Below are positions 59,664-64,000 of a stretch of DNA of 64,000 nucleotides, piece by piece. The translations under genes were made by a program, and so were the position numbers. How positions within the stretch are numbered: position 1 is the first letter of the stretch; every line of letters begins with the position of its first letter. The notes below the pieces were generated by a model that was not told the DNA's origin, did not search any database, and saw only the letters and a program-made list of their open reading frames with translations. Origin of the DNA: an uncultured Bdellovibrio sp. (GTDB taxonomy: Bacteria > Bdellovibrionota > Bdellovibrionia > Bdellovibrionales > Bdellovibrionaceae); contig CAWVRN010000002.1 in the NCBI GenBank assembly GCA_963932905.1, positions 280,779 to 344,778 on the forward strand, written 5' to 3'.

Positions 59664-59711
59664 TTTACCTCTAACGAGGGAACCTTTTGACCCAATTTTT
59701 GCATAGTGCTA

Positions 59712-59845
59712 GTTTGGCTTGTTTCATGGGCACCGTTAAATGAATTTCTGCGTCGTTGCTGCTTCGTCGGCGTACTGGTAGTACGCCTTCTTCAGCGCAC
59801 CTAGCACAAATCTATTTATCAGCACCCATGCATAGCAAGTCAAAC
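59712..59845. repeat. Second palindromic REP/MITE-like element
   Basis: Imperfect arms GTTTGGCTTG..CATGGG / CCCATG..CAAGTCAAAC, inner GGCGTACT-GGT-AGTACGCC hairpin; shares the TCGTTGC..CTTCGTCGGC motif with 56927-57049. Confidence 0.6.
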
Positions 59846-59865
59846 CGTCAAAAAAGGGATCGAGA

Positions 59866-61026
59866 GTGAAAAATTATTTATTTACTAGTGAGTCTGTTTC
59901 TGAAGGTCATCCAGATAAGATGGCCGATCAAATTTCTGATGCTGTATTGGATTCTATCCTGGCTCAGGATTCAAAAGCTCGCGTAGCCTGCGAAACTCTG
60001 TTAACAACAGGCCTTGTTGTTGTGGCAGGTGAAGTTACAACAAAAGCCAACGTAAACATCACCCAGGTGGCTCGTGAAACGATTAAAAAAATCGGTTATG
60101 ACCATTCAGACAAAGGGTTTGATTACAACACCTGCGGTGTCATCGTATCTTTGGGTCAACAAAGCCCAGATATCAGCCAAGGCGTAAAAGAAACAGGCAG
60201 TGATGAGCAAGGTGCTGGTGACCAAGGTTTAATGTTTGGTTATGCGGTCAACGAAACTCCTGAAATGATGCCTCTATCAATTTCAATGTCTCATAAACTA
60301 GTAAAAGAATTAGCCGATCTACGTAAGAAAAACGTAGTCAGCTGGCTACGTCCGGATGCTAAATCGCAAGTGACTGTTCAGTACGAAAATGGCGTGGCGA
60401 AACGTATCGACACAGTCGTTATTTCGACTCAGCATGCGGAATCAGCAAGCCTTCCTGAAATCAAAGACTTCATTTTAAACCAACTGATCAAAAAAGTAAT
60501 TCCTGGTCAGTGGATCGACAACAAAACTAAGTTCCACATCAACCCGACTGGCCGTTTCGTAACGGGTGGTCCAATGGGCGATGCGGGTTTAACAGGTCGT
60601 AAAATCATCGTAGATACCTATGGTGGTCACGGTGCTCACGGTGGTGGTGCGTTCTCTGGTAAAGATCCTTCTAAAGTGGATCGTTCAGCAGCGTATGCGT
60701 CTCGCCATATCGCTAAGAACTTGGTAGCCGCTGGATTAGCTAATCGTTGCTTGGTTCAAGTTGCCTACGCGATCGGTGTCGCTGAACCTGTAAGTATTAA
60801 CATCAATGATTTCGGTACTAGCGCTTTAGGACCTGAAAAATTAGAAAAAATCGTTCGTGAATGCTGGAGTTTAAAACCGGCTCACATCGTAAAAGAATTC
60901 GATTTATTAAAACCAATTTACTCAACAACAGCTGCGTACGGACACTTTGGTCGTACAGAAGAGTCGTTCACTTGGGAAAAATTGAACAAAGTAGAACAAG
61001 TACAAAAACTAGCGAAAAGCATGTAA
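59866..61026 (+). CDS. metK: S-adenosylmethionine synthetase
   Basis: [35 protein letters not shown]. Confidence 0.98.
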   Translation: MKNYLFTSESVSEGHPDKMADQISDAVLDSILAQDSKARVACETLLTTGLVVVAGEVTTKANVNITQVARETIKKIGYDHSDKGFDYNTCGVIVSLGQQSPDISQGVKETGSDEQGAGDQGLMFGYAVNETPEMMPLSISMSHKLVKELADLRKKNVVSWLRPDAKSQVTVQYENGVAKRIDTVVISTQHAESASLPEIKDFILNQLIKKVIPGQWIDNKTKFHINPTGRFVTGGPMGDAGLTGRKIIVDTYGGHGAHGGGAFSGKDPSKVDRSAAYASRHIAKNLVAAGLANRCLVQVAYAIGVAEPVSININDFGTSALGPEKLEKIVRECWSLKPAHIVKEFDLLKPIYSTTAAYGHFGRTEESFTWEKLNKVEQVQKLAKSM

Positions 61027-61058
61027 TTGAAACTCAACAGAAAGTAGTGCGGAAATAG

Positions 61059-62858
61059 ATGGATCCTAAATTCATAAGAAATTTTTCAATTATCGCCCAT
61101 ATCGATCACGGTAAATCGACGTTAGCCGACGCCCTGTTGAATGCAACAGGTTCGTTGTCTCAGCGTGAAGAGAAAGCTCAGTTCCTTGATAATATGGATC
61201 TAGAACGTGAACGTGGGATCACTATCAAAGCACAAACTGTCTGTTTGGATTTCAAATCTAAAGACGGCAACAATTACCAAATCAATTTGATCGACACTCC
61301 CGGGCACGTGGATTTCAGTTACGAAGTCTCTCGATCTCTGGCGGCCTGCGAAGGTGCGATTCTGGTAGTAGATGCGGCTCAAGGTGTAGAAGCGCAAACG
61401 TTAGCCAACGTGTATTTGGCTTTAAATAATAATTTAGAAATTATTCCAGTGTTGAACAAAGTGGATTTGCCATCCGCAGATCCAGAAGGCGTGGCGAAAC
61501 AAATCGAAGACACGGTCGGTTTGGATTGCTCTGAAATTATCCATGCATCAGCGAAAGAACGCATTGGTATCACGGATATCTTGGAGGCAATCGTAGCCAA
61601 AGTTCCTCCACCAAAAGCAGATCGTTCGTTGCCATTACGTGGGTTGATTTTTGACTCGTGGTTTGATGCCTATCAAGGTGTTGTCGTTTTGATACGTGCA
61701 ATGGATGGCGTGGTTAAAGTAGGTGACCGAATTCGTTTCATGGCCACTGACAAAAATTACGAAGTTCTAAGAATGGGTAAATATGCGCCTTTCCCGGTAG
61801 GTGTTAAACAATTAGATGCCGGTGAAGTGGGATTTGTTATCTGCGGGATCAAAGATATCCGCGACGTTAAAGTCGGCGATACAATGACAATGCTGAAAAA
61901 CGGCGCGGCCGAGCCGTTGCCCGGTTTCCAAAGAATTAAGCCGATGGTATTTGCCGGTATTTTCCCGATCGATGCCACAGACTATGAAAACTTAAAAGAT
62001 GCATTAGACAAATTGGCATTGAACGATTCCAGCTTAACATTTGAAGTCGAGAAATCTGCGGCCTTAGGTTTTGGTTACCGTTGTGGTTTCCTTGGTTTAT
62101 TGCATATGGAAATCGTTCAGGAGCGTTTAGAGCGCGAGTTTAATTTAAATCTGATCACGACAGCGCCTACCGTGGTGTATCGGGTTCATTATACAAATGG
62201 TGAAGTTAAAGAATTAGACAACCCATCGCAAATTCCAGATGAATCTAAAATCTTGAAAATGGAAGAACCATTTGTAAAAGTCACGATCCACACGCCGACA
62301 GAATATATCGGCAGCATTTTGAAAATGTGTGAAGACAAGCGCGGTCAGCAATTGAAAATGGATTATGTCAATGAAACGAAAGTGATCATTGAGTACCGTT
62401 TGCCTATGAATGAAATGGTTATGGATTTCTACGATCGATTGAAATCAATTTCAAAAGGGTATGCGTCGTTAGAATATGAATTAATGGATTTTTCGGAATC
62501 GGATTTAGTTCGTCTGGATGTTCTGATCAACGGTGAACCGGTGGATGCGCTAAGTTTAATTGTGCACCGATCAAAAAGCATCAACCGTGGACGATCACTT
62601 GTTGAAAAAATGCGTGAATTGATTCCGCGTCAACAGTACCAAGTGGCTATACAGGCCGCTATCGGTGCTAAAATCGTAGCGCGTGAAACCCTATCTGCGA
62701 TTCGCAAAGACGTAACCGCAAAATGTTATGGCGGCGATATTTCTCGTAAACGTAAATTATTAGAAAAACAAAAAGAAGGTAAGAAGCGCATGAAACAGGT
62801 GGGCCATGTAGAGGTTCCTCAAGAAGCATTCTTAGCGATTTTGAAAGTTGAAGATTAG
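61059..62858 (+). CDS. lepA: Translation elongation factor 4
   Basis: [54 protein letters not shown]. Confidence 0.98.
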   Translation: MDPKFIRNFSIIAHIDHGKSTLADALLNATGSLSQREEKAQFLDNMDLERERGITIKAQTVCLDFKSKDGNNYQINLIDTPGHVDFSYEVSRSLAACEGAILVVDAAQGVEAQTLANVYLALNNNLEIIPVLNKVDLPSADPEGVAKQIEDTVGLDCSEIIHASAKERIGITDILEAIVAKVPPPKADRSLPLRGLIFDSWFDAYQGVVVLIRAMDGVVKVGDRIRFMATDKNYEVLRMGKYAPFPVGVKQLDAGEVGFVICGIKDIRDVKVGDTMTMLKNGAAEPLPGFQRIKPMVFAGIFPIDATDYENLKDALDKLALNDSSLTFEVEKSAALGFGYRCGFLGLLHMEIVQERLEREFNLNLITTAPTVVYRVHYTNGEVKELDNPSQIPDESKILKMEEPFVKVTIHTPTEYIGSILKMCEDKRGQQLKMDYVNETKVIIEYRLPMNEMVMDFYDRLKSISKGYASLEYELMDFSESDLVRLDVLINGEPVDALSLIVHRSKSINRGRSLVEKMRELIPRQQYQVAIQAAIGAKIVARETLSAIRKDVTAKCYGGDISRKRKLLEKQKEGKKRMKQVGHVEVPQEAFLAILKVED

Positions 62859-62994
62859 TTTATAACTGTTTTTTTAAAATTAGAATTAGTGCGGAAAGCC
62901 CGACCGAGGCGATGAATAGCTTACGTTCAAAAGTGCGGGATGTTTTATTTCAAAACACCCCACCACCTAAATCAATTGATTCAAAGCCAAGAAC

Positions 62995-63687
62995 TTATAA
63001 ATCGAACAAAGTATTGATGGCTTCGCCATTCAGAGATCGTACATGCAGTAAATAGCGACCAGATCGTTGCATCGGAAGGTAAATAGTTTCTTCAAAAGGG
63101 AATCGTCCGATGATGCAGTTTGTGGCCGTTGGCAAAAGCAGTGCTAAAGGTTGGACTGTAACTACATTTGTCTGAACATTGGCGATTACTTTTTTAACCT
63201 GCATGCATGAATTAGTGAAGACTCCGGATAAAGTCAAAGCGACGCGACCGTTGGCCTTTCTAACATAGGCCTGTGAAATTGGAGCATAAAGATAGTCATC
63301 GGCAACATTGGATCTGGCTAAATTGACATTCAAAACACCGAGTGGTCGGCCGCCAGTTTGTATAATTTGATATTTTCCAGGTTGAACAACTCCCAAATTT
63401 ACAACTTCATTGTGAGGAACCAGCATATCCAAACATGGGCCAGCATAGCGATATTCGTATGGAGCCACTTGAACCGTTTTTGAAGACGCATTAACTGTAA
63501 ATCGAGTGCCCGCTGATTTAGAGCATGTGTCATGGTAGGTGCCTTCAATTACAAATTGAACCTGATCGTTAGAATCAAAACCATCGGGAATATATCCGGT
63601 GTCCAACAAAGATGATTTCAGCTGAGGATTTGATTGTGACCACGCAGCAACCGCGAATAGACATAACAATGATACTAGTTTAAACAT
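62995..63687 (-). CDS. Secreted hypothetical protein with two similar Cys-containing beta-domains
   Basis: Signal peptide; repeated G.....C...V.V.P...C....P pattern in both halves. Confidence 0.7.
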   Translation of the reverse strand: MFKLVSLLCLFAVAAWSQSNPQLKSSLLDTGYIPDGFDSNDQVQFVIEGTYHDTCSKSAGTRFTVNASSKTVQVAPYEYRYAGPCLDMLVPHNEVVNLGVVQPGKYQIIQTGGRPLGVLNVNLARSNVADDYLYAPISQAYVRKANGRVALTLSGVFTNSCMQVKKVIANVQTNVVTVQPLALLLPTATNCIIGRFPFEETIYLPMQRSGRYLLHVRSLNGEAINTLFDL

Positions 63688-63730
63688 TTTAACCCCTTTT
63701 TTTGTTTGTGAAAAGTTTCACCAATGGCTC

Positions 63731-63747
63731 AGCAGCTCGTATGCCAA
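63731..63747 (-). promoter_or_regulatory. Putative sigma54 -24/-12 promoter
   Basis: Minus strand TTGGCATACGAGCTGCT (GG-N10-GC), 44 bp upstream of the 63687 start. Confidence 0.5.
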
Positions 63748-63913
63748 GGCTCTAAAGGGCGTTTTCCTAGAGATGATCAAAAATTCAGAGACAATTTGGC
63801 AAACGTTGTGACAAAACGACTTCATTGCTTGATCCAGCTTTGTGCTCTGGATGGGGTTGCGGAATTTTGTTTAGCTTGATTTCTTTTTCAGAAAAAATGA
63901 TTCCACTACACAT

Positions 63914-63941
63914 GAACTGGCCCCTTAGCCTGCGGCTAAGG
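63914..63941. repeat. Copy of the IS1-like element end hairpin
   Basis: AACTGGCCCCTTAGCCTGCGGCTAAGG (63915-63941) matches the reverse complement of 9499-9525 at 26/27 nt; GAACTGGCCCCTTA also equals 8968-8981. Confidence 0.7.
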
Positions 63942-64000
63942 CCAAGTAAAATATCGCCAAATCAAGTGAATTTAAAACGTGCTCTCTAAAATCCAGAAAG

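Noticed and set aside
59700..59865. Known SAM riboswitch upstream of metK
   Set aside because: I could not find the SAM-I or SAM-II core sequences; the region is better explained as a palindromic repeat related to 56927-57049.
61045..62897. 11-bp direct repeat TAGTGCGGAAA flanking lepA
   Set aside because: Short, flanks a core gene, no mobility genes; likely chance.

Overview
64-kb window from a moderately AT-rich Gram-negative chromosome, most likely a predatory Bdellovibrionota (Bdellovibrio-like) genome, inferred from gene content and order. The housekeeping backbone is lipB-lpdA-E2-lipA, sfsA, dsbA-like, tadA/cpaF, eno, ftsB, polA, fliL, an FHA-sigma54 activator, yihA, kdsB-pyrG-kdsD-kdsC, lptC(A)-lptB-rpoN, apt, hpf, metK and lepA. 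The main feature is two paralogous Agl-Glt-type proton-motor/trans-envelope gene clusters. Cluster 1 (33364-44639) has two OM barrels, GltC/D/E/F/G-like genes and AglRQS-like genes, and sits between kdsC and lptC. Cluster 2 (48004-56922) is rearranged and reduced, sits between rpoN and hpf, and is followed convergently by a GYF-PilZ gene with a sigma28-like promoter. Other items: an internally deleted IS1-like element with 13-bp terminal inverted repeats whose end recurs at 63.9 kb, two ~125-135 bp palindromic REP/MITE-like elements, a GG-rich hexamer tract, an accessory block (OmpK/Tsx porin plus an HTTM/SdpAB-like pair) between eno and ftsB, and several sigma28/sigma54-like promoters. I recognised no rRNA, tRNA or CRISPR array. 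All family calls come from motif recognition by eye, not from database searches.
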